IMG/VR virus record: IMGVR_UViG_2724679183_000002
Location: 64,001 to 128,000 of that record
Reading direction: 5' to 3' (one strand)
Length of the DNA: 64,000 nucleotides
From: a virus
Taxonomy: Duplodnaviria; Caudoviricetes
Shown here piece by piece: positions 10,255 through 19,227 of the stretch. The position numbers and the translations under genes were made by a program. Position 1 is the first letter of the stretch, and the number at the start of each line of letters is the position of its first letter. The notes under the pieces are model-generated. The model did not search any database and was not told where the DNA came from. It saw nothing but the letters and a program-made list of their open reading frames with translations.

Positions 10255-10476
10255 TTGATTAAATCAAATTTAAAGCCGATATTAGACGAAAGAAAGATTA
10301 GCATACGGCAGCTGTCTAATGATATTGACCATGGTTTTGCAACGGTTAGGAAGCTGTATCATGATGAAATGGAGCGATACCCAAGAGATCTTCTTGATAA
10401 GATCTGTACCTATTTAAATATTGAGCTGCATGAATTGCTGATCTACAAGAGAGATCAAAAAAGCACAAATGTCTAA
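10255..10476 (+). CDS. yopB: Xre/Cro HTH regulator
   Basis: [19 protein letters not shown]...[15 protein letters not shown] resembles recalled SPbeta YopB. Confidence 0.75.
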   Translation: MIKSNLKPILDERKISIRQLSNDIDHGFATVRKLYHDEMERYPRDLLDKICTYLNIELHELLIYKRDQKSTNV

Positions 10477-10523
10477 TATGCCATCCTATACATTCCTCAC
10501 TAAAAAATAAAGGGAGACTCTAA

Positions 10524-10739
10524 ATGATTGAATTCAAATTAAAGCAACTAGCTGAAGAAAAAGGAATAAGCGGTATAAGGGAACTATCAAGGATTCTTGA
10601 ACACGATTATAAAAGTGTGCGTTTGATGTGGCTTGGTGAAATAAAGCGAGTTCCAACAGATCTTATTGAAAAAGTGTGCTCCTATTTTGACGTCACAATT
10701 AATGAATTAATGGAATTTAAAAAAGATGAAAATAATTAG
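10524..10739 (+). CDS. Second Xre/Cro HTH regulator (YopB paralog)
   Basis: GISGIRELSR...DLIEKVCSYFDVTINELM. Confidence 0.75.
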   Translation: MIEFKLKQLAEEKGISGIRELSRILEHDYKSVRLMWLGEIKRVPTDLIEKVCSYFDVTINELMEFKKDENN

Positions 10740-10830
10740 AAAAAGTATTGATCCGTTTTAGGGATCATGATATACTAAAGTTACAAGTTAAGGAAACATT
10801 AAAAAAGAATGGAAGAGAGAGTGAGAGAGA

Positions 10831-11046
10831 ATGAATAACTTAGAACAACATTTAAAAGAGCAAACGGATGCCTTTTTAGCAGACTGCTTTAATGAATTAA
10901 AACAGTGGCGGGAAACCGGTGTCTTAGAGCAGGGGAAGGTTAGAAATTTACACGATACTTTTAATACGAATATCACTCAGCTACATATGATCAGTGAAGT
11001 AATTTACAGGGAGTTAGCATCAAGATTTGTTGAAAAAGTCAAGTAA
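10831..11046 (+). CDS. Hypothetical phage protein
   Basis: 71-aa ORF downstream of a TTGATC-N17-TATACT sigmaA-like promoter. Confidence 0.55.
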   Translation: MNNLEQHLKEQTDAFLADCFNELKQWRETGVLEQGKVRNLHDTFNTNITQLHMISEVIYRELASRFVEKVK

Positions 11047-11153
11047 ATCTAGAGTAAAATAAGTGAGAAGTTTACAGAGGCCTGCAATTACGTGGAGGAA
11101 ATTGCAGGCAATTTTTATAAAATCGTACTTTCATAAAGAATAGGAGAAAAGAG

Positions 11154-11468
11154 ATGTTGCCGACTTCTTTAAAAACAAAAGTTCAGCGAATTTTATTACA
11201 AGGTAGCTTTAAAAAATCTGAGAGCTCTAAAAGTAGAGTAAAAGGACTAAGCAATATTTCTGCGGGTTTTACTTTTGCCAAGACGTTTGACGACGATTAC
11301 TGCCTCTATTATACAGCCGGTAATATGGCTTTCCGGGGAATGCCTAACGAAGAAAAGGATAATCAAACAGAAAAAATGTATCAGTTCTTATTGGATCAGG
11401 GTCTTCAAAAAAACATTGAACTGATAGATTTTAGAAATCAAAAAGCAATTTTGTTGAAAGTGAAATAA
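11154..11468 (+). CDS. Hypothetical protein bounded by sites 11118 and 11494
   Basis: AGGAG RBS, 104 aa. Confidence 0.6.
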   Translation: MLPTSLKTKVQRILLQGSFKKSESSKSRVKGLSNISAGFTFAKTFDDDYCLYYTAGNMAFRGMPNEEKDNQTEKMYQFLLDQGLQKNIELIDFRNQKAILLKVK

Positions 11469-11530
11469 TTGCACTGCACTTTGAGAAACATCATAAAATC
11501 ACACTTTTGCAGGGAATAGGAGAGGTTATA

Positions 11531-11767
11531 ATGCAGAATACAGTAAAAGTAACTTTCAATGTAAATGGAGTAGAAATCAAAACAGATGGGCGTGTACCGC
11601 AAATGCCTAATGGCATTAATGCAGATAATATGATTGTTTTACATGCTAAAAGCAATTTGAAGAAAAATCTTGGGATTGATATTTATGAGGTCATGAACGC
11701 AGAGCACTATGATGACATTGAACATCTCGTAACTATTGACAAATCAGGCTATACTCAGGGTGTTTAA
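11531..11767 (+). CDS. Hypothetical protein bounded by sites 11494 and 11769
   Basis: GGAGAGG RBS then ATG 11531. Confidence 0.6.
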   Translation: MQNTVKVTFNVNGVEIKTDGRVPQMPNGINADNMIVLHAKSNLKKNLGIDIYEVMNAEHYDDIEHLVTIDKSGYTQGV

Positions 11768-11804
11768 ATAAAATCATTCTTTTATGAAGAGAGGGTTAAT
11801 CAAA

Positions 11805-12065
11805 ATGAAAAATGACTTTTTCGAAGAGCGAAACACAACAAATAAAAACGCGTTTGAAAATAATGAGGAAAATAACTCCGGTTGGTATGACAATGAAACA
11901 GATACATATTTTGAGATAGGCGATAAAGTTATCTGGTGGGGCGATGAAGAAGAAAGAATTGGTGTGATTAAATCCATCAAGGAAGAAACATTTGGGGTAT
12001 TGTGGTCGGATGAACAATATATTGAATATCCTGCGGATCACCAGGATGCAATTAAGAAGGCATAA
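11805..12065 (+). CDS. Small acidic SH3/KOW-like protein bounded by sites 11769 and 12068
   Basis: FEIGDKVIW...GVIK motif. Confidence 0.55.
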   Translation: MKNDFFEERNTTNKNAFENNEENNSGWYDNETDTYFEIGDKVIWWGDEEERIGVIKSIKEETFGVLWSDEQYIEYPADHQDAIKKA

Positions 12066-12088
12066 GATAAAACTACGATTTTAAGGAG

Positions 12089-12331
12089 ATGTATAATATG
12101 CCAAAGAAGTATAGCGACAGAGGCTTTGCAATTTATGAAGAATTAACTGACACTCAACAAACAACTGTTAAAGTTCAGAAAAGCTCTTTAGCTGAAGAAG
12201 AATGCGTATTTATTCTAGGAAATAACGATATAAGCAGTCACCCGGATAAGTATTTCCCACCTCATTTAAATGTGGAGCAAGCAAAGCGTGTTATTAAAGC
12301 ACTACAAGAGTTTGTAGGCGAAAACGAATAA
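12089..12331 (+). CDS. Hypothetical phage protein
   Basis: RGF...D......VQKSSLA...HLNVEQAK, a common phage small-protein pattern. Confidence 0.55.
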   Translation: MYNMPKKYSDRGFAIYEELTDTQQTTVKVQKSSLAEEECVFILGNNDISSHPDKYFPPHLNVEQAKRVIKALQEFVGENE

Positions 12332-12365
12332 ACAGAGTCTAAATATAACAACTCTTTTACAGGAC

Positions 12366-12788
12366 GTGAAGACAGGAGGTGCAGGCTTGGGGTTTAATAA
12401 AACGTTGATCAGTTGTGCTTATACATTGGCATTTTCAAGTTTGTCGTACGGTCTAATATTCGGACTTTATTTGTTTGTTTACTCTGGCTTTGTGCCAATT
12501 GCGTTAATCACTGTGGTTGTCATTGCTTTTTACGCATTAATCACTTACTTTGTATTTGCTCTTCCTTTGCAAATATGGCTGATAAGAAAGCGTAAAAAGT
12601 TTAGTTTAACTCATCTTTTTATTTATGCTGCAGTAGCCTTTTTAGCTGTGCTCTTGTTTTTGGGCATCGATAGCCCTCCTATTGATTTTACAGTTTTCAA
12701 GAGTTTAACTTATTACATAATGAGCATTGTTGCCGCGTTAATTTATTGGTTCTGGGACTCCATATTTTTAAAGGCTTATGACTCCTAG
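12366..12788 (+). CDS. yopD: UPF0715 membrane protein
   Basis: FALPLQIWL...YWFWDSIF; syntenic with SPbeta yopD. Confidence 0.65.
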   Translation: MKTGGAGLGFNKTLISCAYTLAFSSLSYGLIFGLYLFVYSGFVPIALITVVVIAFYALITYFVFALPLQIWLIRKRKKFSLTHLFIYAAVAFLAVLLFLGIDSPPIDFTVFKSLTYYIMSIVAALIYWFWDSIFLKAYDS

Positions 12789-12792
12789 ATCA

Positions 12793-13050
12793 CTAAACCA
12801 TGTACTTCACAACATTAACTACAAGCACAAAGGTAGCTGATCCAAACATTATATATCCAGGCCATTTATGATTGTTTATAAGTGATTCGACTCCTGCTAA
12901 AACCAAAAGTAGCACTAATAAAAATTGAAGAAACGACAATAGGAATTCACTCTGATTGAAAAAACTGTACACGCATAGGATCAGAGTTGCACAGGAAAGA
13001 ATTATTTTTGTTGCCTTAAGCAAAAAATCACTCCTTAAACACTTGAACAT
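12793..13050 (-). CDS. Small membrane protein
   Basis: Three hydrophobic segments; AAGGAG RBS before an internal TTG. Confidence 0.6.
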   Translation of the reverse strand: MFKCLRSDFLLKATKIILSCATLILCVYSFFNQSEFLLSFLQFLLVLLLVLAGVESLINNHKWPGYIMFGSATFVLVVNVVKYMV

Positions 13051-13135
13051 ATTGATGTTTACTGTATCATGTTTTTCTCTCTGTTTCGAGAGGCAATTGG
13101 ATCAAGAAGTATTTTACGGGAGGTAGGCGAGCGTT

Positions 13136-13360
13136 ATGATTAAGGTTTACACCATTGGACATGAGATACCCGAGAAAGTTAAATCGTATATCGATGAATG
13201 GAATTATTGGTTTTGGATTGCTGTTGCTAATACTCCTAAGAAAAATCGAGACGCCAAATTTTTAATTGATCAAATTCAACCTGATGAAGATAAAGAGAAT
13301 GTTTACAGAACTGATGATGGTATTGAGGTATATGTTAGCTATATGATGCCTGTGAAATAA
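13136..13360 (+). CDS. Hypothetical phage protein
   Basis: GGGAGG RBS, 74 aa. Confidence 0.55.
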   Translation: MIKVYTIGHEIPEKVKSYIDEWNYWFWIAVANTPKKNRDAKFLIDQIQPDEDKENVYRTDDGIEVYVSYMMPVK

Positions 13361-13380
13361 CCAAATAAAAAAGAGCATAA

Positions 13381-13563
13381 TTAAATGCTCTTCTTCATAC
13401 CACACCTACGACACTCACGCAAAAATACACCACTTTTCACTGAACTCTTGAACAGAGTGTAATCACAGTTGTCACAGCGACCATACTTAACATCAGGGTA
13501 CTCCTTATAATCGTAAACAATAGAAACATCGTACCCATTTGTCTCAAAATCTTTCTCTTCCAT
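13381..13563 (-). CDS. Small zinc-ribbon protein (YoyH-like)
   Basis: CDNC...CRRC. Confidence 0.6.
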   Translation of the reverse strand: MEEKDFETNGYDVSIVYDYKEYPDVKYGRCDNCDYTLFKSSVKSGVFLRECRRCGMKKSI

Positions 13564-13633
13564 TAAATTTCACCTACACAAAGTATTTAACACTACTATA
13601 ATACCAGACGATGTATATAAGGAGGGTTTTAAT

Positions 13634-13885
13634 TTGATTGGAATAGCATATTTCTTAATACTCTGGCTGGGTGTTGGCTTTCTAACAGGATTTAAGGCCT
13701 TATTCGTTGATCAAGTTTACGAGGAAGAATTTAAACAGGAACTTATTAACTCATTTTCACCAGGTATGGAGTAGAATATGATTGAACTATTCTTTAAAAA
13801 TAAAATAAATATCATGGTGTTTTACATACTGATTGGGTTCTTACCTTTAGCAATTAAAATCGTTGGGCTGCTGAAGAGGAGTTAG
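13634..13885 (+). pseudogene. yopE: yopE membrane protein with an in-frame TAG at 13772
   Basis: TTG start after AAGGAGG; read-through gives 83 codons MIGIAYFLILWLGVG...FVDQVYEEEFK resembling recalled YopE. Confidence 0.75.
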
Positions 13886-13887
13886 TT

Positions 13888-14103
13888 ATGCCGGTTATCG
13901 ATAGCTTTTTTGTTATTCAATTTGAAAATGATGATTACTTCAAGTCATTTAAATTAGACAATAGTGGTTATATAGTATCTCAGGGGCTTCATGGCGCTTC
14001 TAAGTTCACTACAATGTCAGAAGCTTTAGTGATCTCAAATGAGCTACATACACAGTTTAAAGCCACTTCTGCCATAAGACAAATTGAAGTTATTACTAGA
14101 TGA
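13888..14103 (+). CDS. yopF: YopF-like protein
   Basis: 71 aa, QFEN..YFKSFKLD.SGY, synteny. Confidence 0.7.
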   Translation: MPVIDSFFVIQFENDDYFKSFKLDNSGYIVSQGLHGASKFTTMSEALVISNELHTQFKATSAIRQIEVITR

Positions 14104-14114
14104 GGAGTGTTCAG

Positions 14115-14246
14115 GTGTATTGGATTGAATGGATAGAGAATGGGGAGAAGAAAAGTATCGTTGCTGAGGGTTGGGTTGAATGGGCTTCAATCCTGGAAGA
14201 CCTTTATCAGCAGCGATTTGAGTATGTAGAATGGAAACGGCTTTGA
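14115..14246 (+). CDS. yopG: YopG-like 43-aa protein (below the ORF-track cutoff)
   Basis: GAGGAG RBS; MYWIEWIENGEKKSIVAEGWVEWASILEDLYQQRFEYVEWKRL. Confidence 0.65.
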   Translation: MYWIEWIENGEKKSIVAEGWVEWASILEDLYQQRFEYVEWKRL

Positions 14247-14307
14247 ATAAAATAAGGTGTTTCAACTTTAAAAAATGGTTTTTGTTTTGCTGTTAGGCTA
14301 GAATTAA

Positions 14308-14931
14308 ATGAAAGGCGATGCTATCGTGAATCAAATAGTTTTAACATTAATAAATATATGGGATTGGTTTCTTTCCAATACAGGAAGTTTAGGAATGTTT
14401 GTATTAACAATTTTTATCGCATACTATTCTAAAAAATCTTCTAAGGCTAGCCTCGAGGCTGCAAAATTGGCTAAATATGAGTATGAAAGTAAAAAGGAAC
14501 CCGAAATAATAATCTATTTTGAGTTAAATGAGTTTAATCTGGATTTTAAAATGATGAACATTGGTTATGGTGTAGCGACAAATGTCACTGTCAATTTAGA
14601 AGAAAAGAGCGGCACTTTCCAAAAGAGCTATATGTACAAAATGAAAAATGGGATTTTTAACACCTGTATTCAGACATTTGCTCCAAATCAAGAAATCAAA
14701 GGGATTGCCGCTAGAGTTTCAGATATTAAAAATGATGATTCTGAATATCCTGTTTTTACTTGTAATATCACTTATTCCGATATGAATGGAAAACTATATA
14801 ATAAAAGGTATGACTTTGATTTGAATTATTTGGGGGGACTAGTTTGGACAGAAAAAGCAACCTTACATAATGTTGCTAATAGTCTAAAAGAAATTAAAGC
14901 AGAAATACAAAACCTTCATTCCAAGTCTTAA
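14308..14931 (+). CDS. Single-pass membrane protein of unknown function
   Basis: N-terminal TM helix; occupies the variable yopH/yopI slot. Confidence 0.6.
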   Translation: MKGDAIVNQIVLTLINIWDWFLSNTGSLGMFVLTIFIAYYSKKSSKASLEAAKLAKYEYESKKEPEIIIYFELNEFNLDFKMMNIGYGVATNVTVNLEEKSGTFQKSYMYKMKNGIFNTCIQTFAPNQEIKGIAARVSDIKNDDSEYPVFTCNITYSDMNGKLYNKRYDFDLNYLGGLVWTEKATLHNVANSLKEIKAEIQNLHSKS

Positions 14932-15012
14932 ATTATAATAAGGCTAACGAGAAACTTACGCTAAATTAATTTAAGGAAGATTAAATAAAAATAATTGTAT
15001 TAAGGAGAAGTT

Positions 15013-15429
15013 ATGAAACAAGTTTACCTACACATAAGATGGGAAGACCTTCACGGTGAAATTGGAGTGGATTCTTTTAATCTTTTGAGATTGATTTATT
15101 TGAATTTGAGCGAACAAGAATTAATAGAGGCAATTAAAGCATTGATATTTATTGAGCGGGAGGATATAGCTGCCAAATTTGATATTCACCTATCTGAGAA
15201 TAGCCCAGTTTTTAACGAACGGCAATATGTTGTTTACAAAGGAATTGCGGGAGAAATTAATTATAGAGACATGTTAATTTCATTGGCATCTACATTAGAA
15301 ATGAGTAATACATTAGACCATGTGCAGAATATCATGTCTTTAGCAAAATGTTTAAGAAGTTTTGATAGAGAGATTTTCGACAGATTTGCAAAGGATATCG
15401 CAGAAGAGGTGTATTATAGCCTTAAATAA
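15013..15429 (+). CDS. yopJ: YopJ-like protein
   Basis: 138 aa starting MKQVYLHIRWEDLHGEIG, directly upstream of aimR as in SPbeta. Confidence 0.75.
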   Translation: MKQVYLHIRWEDLHGEIGVDSFNLLRLIYLNLSEQELIEAIKALIFIEREDIAAKFDIHLSENSPVFNERQYVVYKGIAGEINYRDMLISLASTLEMSNTLDHVQNIMSLAKCLRSFDREIFDRFAKDIAEEVYYSLK

Positions 15430-15442
15430 GGTTATTTTTGGA

Positions 15443-15472
15443 GACGCAATGAGGCCTTTTCCTCATTGTGTC
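15443..15472 (+). terminator. Hairpin terminator upstream of aimR
   Basis: GACGCAATGAGG-cttt-CCTCATTGTGTC followed by TGTTT. Confidence 0.6.
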
Positions 15473-15500
15473 TGTTTAAAATACGAATTTTAATCATATA

Positions 15501-15554
15501 AAAATAAAAAATAAGTATAAAGTGATTGACTGAAAATTGTTTGTTCTGTATTAT
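15501..15554 (+). promoter_or_regulatory. aimR sigmaA promoter with an adjacent SPBRE-like repressor site
   Basis: AAAATAAAAAATAAGTATA at 15501-15519; TTGACT(15526)-N17-TATTAT(15549). Confidence 0.7.
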
Positions 15555-15595
15555 AAGAGTATAAACAACGGTACATATGAAAAGAGGGGAATCGA

Positions 15596-16756
15596 ATGGA
15601 GCTTATAAGAATAGCTATGCGAAAAGATTTGGAAAATGATAAATCTCTCATGAGTAAATGGGCTACGGTAGCTGGTCTTAAAAACCCAAACCCCCTTTAC
15701 GATTTCTTAAATCATGATGGGAAAACATTTAATGAATTCTCTTCTCTTGTTAATATTGTGAAAAGCCAGTACCCTGAACGCGAATACGAGCTAATGAAAG
15801 ACTATTGTGAGCATCTTGATCCTAATACTAAAGCAGCAAGAAGCGCATTAGAGTATGCAGATGCGAATAAATACTATGAAATTGAAGACAAATTGATTAG
15901 TTCAATGGTTGAAAGTAGCAATAATAAAAGCAAAGAATATGGAAAGGTATACGAGATACATAGAGAACTAACCCAAGAAAATATTAATGAGTTTGAGGCG
16001 ACAAAAAGACTCGGAAGATTGAATATTAAAACAGCCGAAATGAACAACTTTGCGCGCATTTCTTTGCTATACCATTATCTAGAGTCAGGTAACTTTGCTC
16101 CAATGGATAGATTGATAAAACAAGTTGACCTTTCTGAAGTTAAAGAAAATCTTTTTGTTAAAAACCTATATCAGACCCGAGTTTTTGTTTTACAATCGAA
16201 CATTAAACTGAATGAGAATAAATTAAGTGAATGCAGAGAGTATGCAAAGAAAGCAATTGACAGTACCAATATCCAGAGGTTTCAAGTCTTTAGCTATCTT
16301 ACTGCTGGTAATTCATTATTATTTACAGACTACCACAAAGCTAAAGACTATTTTCTAAAGGGGCTAAGTGCTTCAACTGACAGTAACATCTATCAAAGAA
16401 TATTGAGACAAGCTCTCTGTTTTTTAAACAACGTTTGGGAAAAAGAAAACGATTTTCTAAACACCGATTCTAAGGAGATAATAGATTTACAGGAATACGC
16501 ACATATGCTTATAAATAAAAAAAATACAGAAAGAGCAAAAAAAATTCTGGATCAATTAGATCAATTGGAACATAACGATAATGAGTTGGCCATGCATTAT
16601 TACTTAAAAGGAAAACTCAAAATGGACAAGCAGTGCTTTTATTCATCAATTGAGTACTTTAAAAAATCAAACGATAAGTTTCTTATCAGATTACCGTTAA
16701 TAATGTTAAAACAACTGGGAGAGAATGAAAAGCTTTTAAATCTCTTGGCGTTATAA
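15596..16756 (+). CDS. aimR: Arbitrium receptor AimR (HTH + TPR)
   Basis: 386 aa starting MELIRIAMRKDLENDKSLMSKWATVAGLKNPNPLYDFLNHDGK, close to recalled SPbeta AimR; followed by aimP. Confidence 0.97.
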   Translation: MELIRIAMRKDLENDKSLMSKWATVAGLKNPNPLYDFLNHDGKTFNEFSSLVNIVKSQYPEREYELMKDYCEHLDPNTKAARSALEYADANKYYEIEDKLISSMVESSNNKSKEYGKVYEIHRELTQENINEFEATKRLGRLNIKTAEMNNFARISLLYHYLESGNFAPMDRLIKQVDLSEVKENLFVKNLYQTRVFVLQSNIKLNENKLSECREYAKKAIDSTNIQRFQVFSYLTAGNSLLFTDYHKAKDYFLKGLSASTDSNIYQRILRQALCFLNNVWEKENDFLNTDSKEIIDLQEYAHMLINKKNTERAKKILDQLDQLEHNDNELAMHYYLKGKLKMDKQCFYSSIEYFKKSNDKFLIRLPLIMLKQLGENEKLLNLLAL

Positions 16757-16776
16757 ACTTGAAAGGGGGTGAGAAT

Positions 16777-16902
16777 ATGAAAAAAGTTGTTATGGCAGCA
16801 ATTATTTTAGGAGCACTTTTTGTCTCGTTTGCAGGAGTAAACACAGCCAGTCAACAAGCTTCTGGTAAATACGAAATAGCAGGAATGCCTCGGGGCGCAT
16901 AA
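16777..16902 (+). CDS. aimP: Arbitrium pre-pro-peptide AimP, mature peptide GMPRGA (missed by the ORF track)
   Basis: MKKVVMAAIILGALFVSFAGVNTASQQASGKYEIAGMPRGA*; signal peptide and AAAGGGGGTGA RBS. Confidence 0.97.
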   Translation: MKKVVMAAIILGALFVSFAGVNTASQQASGKYEIAGMPRGA

Positions 16903-16907
16903 AGAAC

Positions 16908-17003
16908 TTGACACATAATTGGGAAAATTATATTATTTACTTAATTAAATTAATTTGTGAAATCAAAAAGACGTTTGGCTCATTGAGCTAGGCGTCTTTT
17001 GTG
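16908..17003 (+). ncRNA. Short promoter-terminator unit at the aimX position
   Basis: TTGACA-N17-TATTAT, then hairpin AAAAGACGTTTGGCTC/GAGCTAGGCGTCTTTT; no ORF seen. Confidence 0.45.
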
Positions 17004-17254
17004 CTTTAAAGTTCACCACGAGATTAGTTCAATTTCGCATAACTAAGGGAAAATCGTCTAATTAAGGTAACTGGTGTACTTACATAACTCTAAAACCACT
17101 ATCAATAATTAAATACTGAAACAGCACATTCGAAAAAAGATTAAAAAGAATGTGCTATTTGTCGTTAAAACATCTTTACTTATTACGTTCAATGCATTAA
17201 AATGAATTTAGAAATCAAAAAGAAAAAATAAGTATTGTTTTAGGGGGAGGAATT

Positions 17255-17455
17255 ATGTCAGCTATAAAGTATTTACAAAGCAGCATGACATTACATAAAA
17301 CCATATATCAGAATAAGTTTGAAAATATTGCTCGTAACGATTTTTTTGCAAACGAAAAGAATTCAGAAAAAGAAAAAATAAAGAGAGGAGAATTCATCAG
17401 GAAGGAAATGACTAAAGGCTATTTGAAATTATTGAGTGCGTGTAAGGAGGGCTAG
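17255..17455 (+). CDS. yopM: Repression-operon protein SroA
   Basis: 66 aa, first gene after aimP, GGGGAGG RBS. Confidence 0.7.
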   Translation: MSAIKYLQSSMTLHKTIYQNKFENIARNDFFANEKNSEKEKIKRGEFIRKEMTKGYLKLLSACKEG

Positions 17456-17460
17456 TACCC

Positions 17461-17793
17461 ATGCAAGTAGTGGACTTAAATGCTACTAAAAAGAAAGTAA
17501 ACAGTACTAAGAGCATTGACGAAAACTTTACTAATATGGTTGTCGAAACATACCTGAATAGCATATTGGACATAAGAAAAATCATACTTAATGCAAAGAC
17601 TCAAAATGACCTATTTAATGCCAAAATGGAAGTGAAAGCGTTGCTCCAGGATATAGATCGTATTCTCAGAGGTGGTGACGTGCTGTCTAGAAACACCGAA
17701 TGCAATCCCCATTATGCTTCGCTAATAACTTTTATGAAACACTTAAAAGCACATATCTCAATTGAATTTGAGCAGTTTATTTATAAACCGTAG
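17461..17793 (+). CDS. yopN: SroB/YopN (lysogeny-promoting, MazEF-interacting family)
   Basis: Synteny and size. Confidence 0.6.
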   Translation: MQVVDLNATKKKVNSTKSIDENFTNMVVETYLNSILDIRKIILNAKTQNDLFNAKMEVKALLQDIDRILRGGDVLSRNTECNPHYASLITFMKHLKAHISIEFEQFIYKP

Positions 17794-17848
17794 CTCTAAA
17801 GGCGGGCATTTATCCTTATTATACATATGGCTTTGTAAGGAGGATTCT

Positions 17849-18070
17849 ATGTCAAAGCGAATTAAAAAGCTGATGGAAGAACGCAACATCACAATAGAAC
17901 AGATTGCAAAAGAAACAATGATTAATATTGAAAAACTCAAGAAAATCATTAATGAACCGCATGAGGGAGATGTAACTTCCGTTAAGCTGATCGCTTTGGT
18001 GCTGGATGTCTCCATTGATGATCTAATTTATGATAACGATTTTAAACGGGAAGGAGGAAAGGAACAATGA
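17849..18070 (+). CDS. yopO: Xre HTH regulator SroC
   Basis: AAGGAGG RBS, ATG 17849; IKKLMEERNITIEQIAKET...IALVLDVSIDDL. Confidence 0.8.
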   Translation: MSKRIKKLMEERNITIEQIAKETMINIEKLKKIINEPHEGDVTSVKLIALVLDVSIDDLIYDNDFKREGGKEQ

Positions 18071-19149
18071 GTGCAGAAATTAAACCTATTAAGGAATATA
18101 AAGTGTTTGATGACATTATGTCGTTTCTCTATAGCAAGGACATAGCCAGTAGCTCTGGGAACTCAAAGTATCAAACCAAGGACGCGCCTATGGTTTCTAA
18201 TACACGAAAAAATTATACAGGTGATATAAAGCAATTTTTCAGGATCTTAAAAGAAAAAGAAATCGAATATTTGTCTGAAAGTGATTTAACGATTACTAAA
18301 AGCGATCTGACAGGGTTTATTAAGTATCTTCAAAGTAAAGGGCTTGTAAACAAAACCATTAAAAGAAAATTAGCATCCCTAAAAATGCTTTATAAGTACC
18401 TTAGCTACGATTACAAAGAATTTATTGACTTAAGTGTTTTTGATTCTGTTGGAAAGTTGAAAACAGTTGAAAAAAACTGGGGAAGAACTAATAAAGAAGA
18501 AGCCGATCTTATCGCAGAAGACATGTATATTAACGAACGCCAAAAACCATTACTCAAAAAGCTTTGTGTGAAGGCAGCAGCAAGAACTTCTTTTCGTCTT
18601 AGTGCGTTATTAAGAATTAGATGGAGTGATTTTGAAATTGATTCAGCGACCGAGCATTATGTGGTTTCTGTTTTAGACAAGGGATCCAAAGTGGTGTCAA
18701 CGGGAATCAATAAATCTTTTTATGAAGAGCTTTTAGAACTAAAGAATAAAAATACAGTCGACACAGATTATGTTTTTAAAGGGCTTTCTGAGCAATCACT
18801 TAGACATTCTTTAAAACGTTCTAAAGAAAGGCTGGGTATTCCGCCAGAGAGGGACTTGAAATTTCACTCTTTTAAGGGAGTGGGTATTGACTATGTTTAT
18901 GAACACACTGGGCACGACATATTAGCTGCAAGAGAACAAGGAAATCATAGCAGTGTATCAACCACAGAACGCTATATGAGCAAAAGAAATGATATATCTA
19001 AAACTGCTGGTGTTATTATGGACGAGGAAATTGAAATAAACAAGCTTTATGAAGCTAAGAAAGAAGATTTTGTTTCTTTTTTTGAAAAAGCAGAGCCGGC
19101 TATACTGAATAAATTCATTAAATTCCTATCGGAATCTAATGGGTTCTAA
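18067..19149 (+). CDS. yopP: Tyrosine recombinase-family protein SroD
   Basis: SAM-like N-domain (TIKRKLASLK) and catalytic motifs TSFR, DKG, HSFK, GNHSSVSTTERY. Confidence 0.88.
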   Translation: MSAEIKPIKEYKVFDDIMSFLYSKDIASSSGNSKYQTKDAPMVSNTRKNYTGDIKQFFRILKEKEIEYLSESDLTITKSDLTGFIKYLQSKGLVNKTIKRKLASLKMLYKYLSYDYKEFIDLSVFDSVGKLKTVEKNWGRTNKEEADLIAEDMYINERQKPLLKKLCVKAAARTSFRLSALLRIRWSDFEIDSATEHYVVSVLDKGSKVVSTGINKSFYEELLELKNKNTVDTDYVFKGLSEQSLRHSLKRSKERLGIPPERDLKFHSFKGVGIDYVYEHTGHDILAAREQGNHSSVSTTERYMSKRNDISKTAGVIMDEEIEINKLYEAKKEDFVSFFEKAEPAILNKFIKFLSESNGF

Positions 19150-19227
19150 TTTTAATGATTATTATTTATTTTTCTCTTGATAATAAAGTTGCCCTTTGGT
19201 AACTTTATTTTAGCGACATAATATGAG

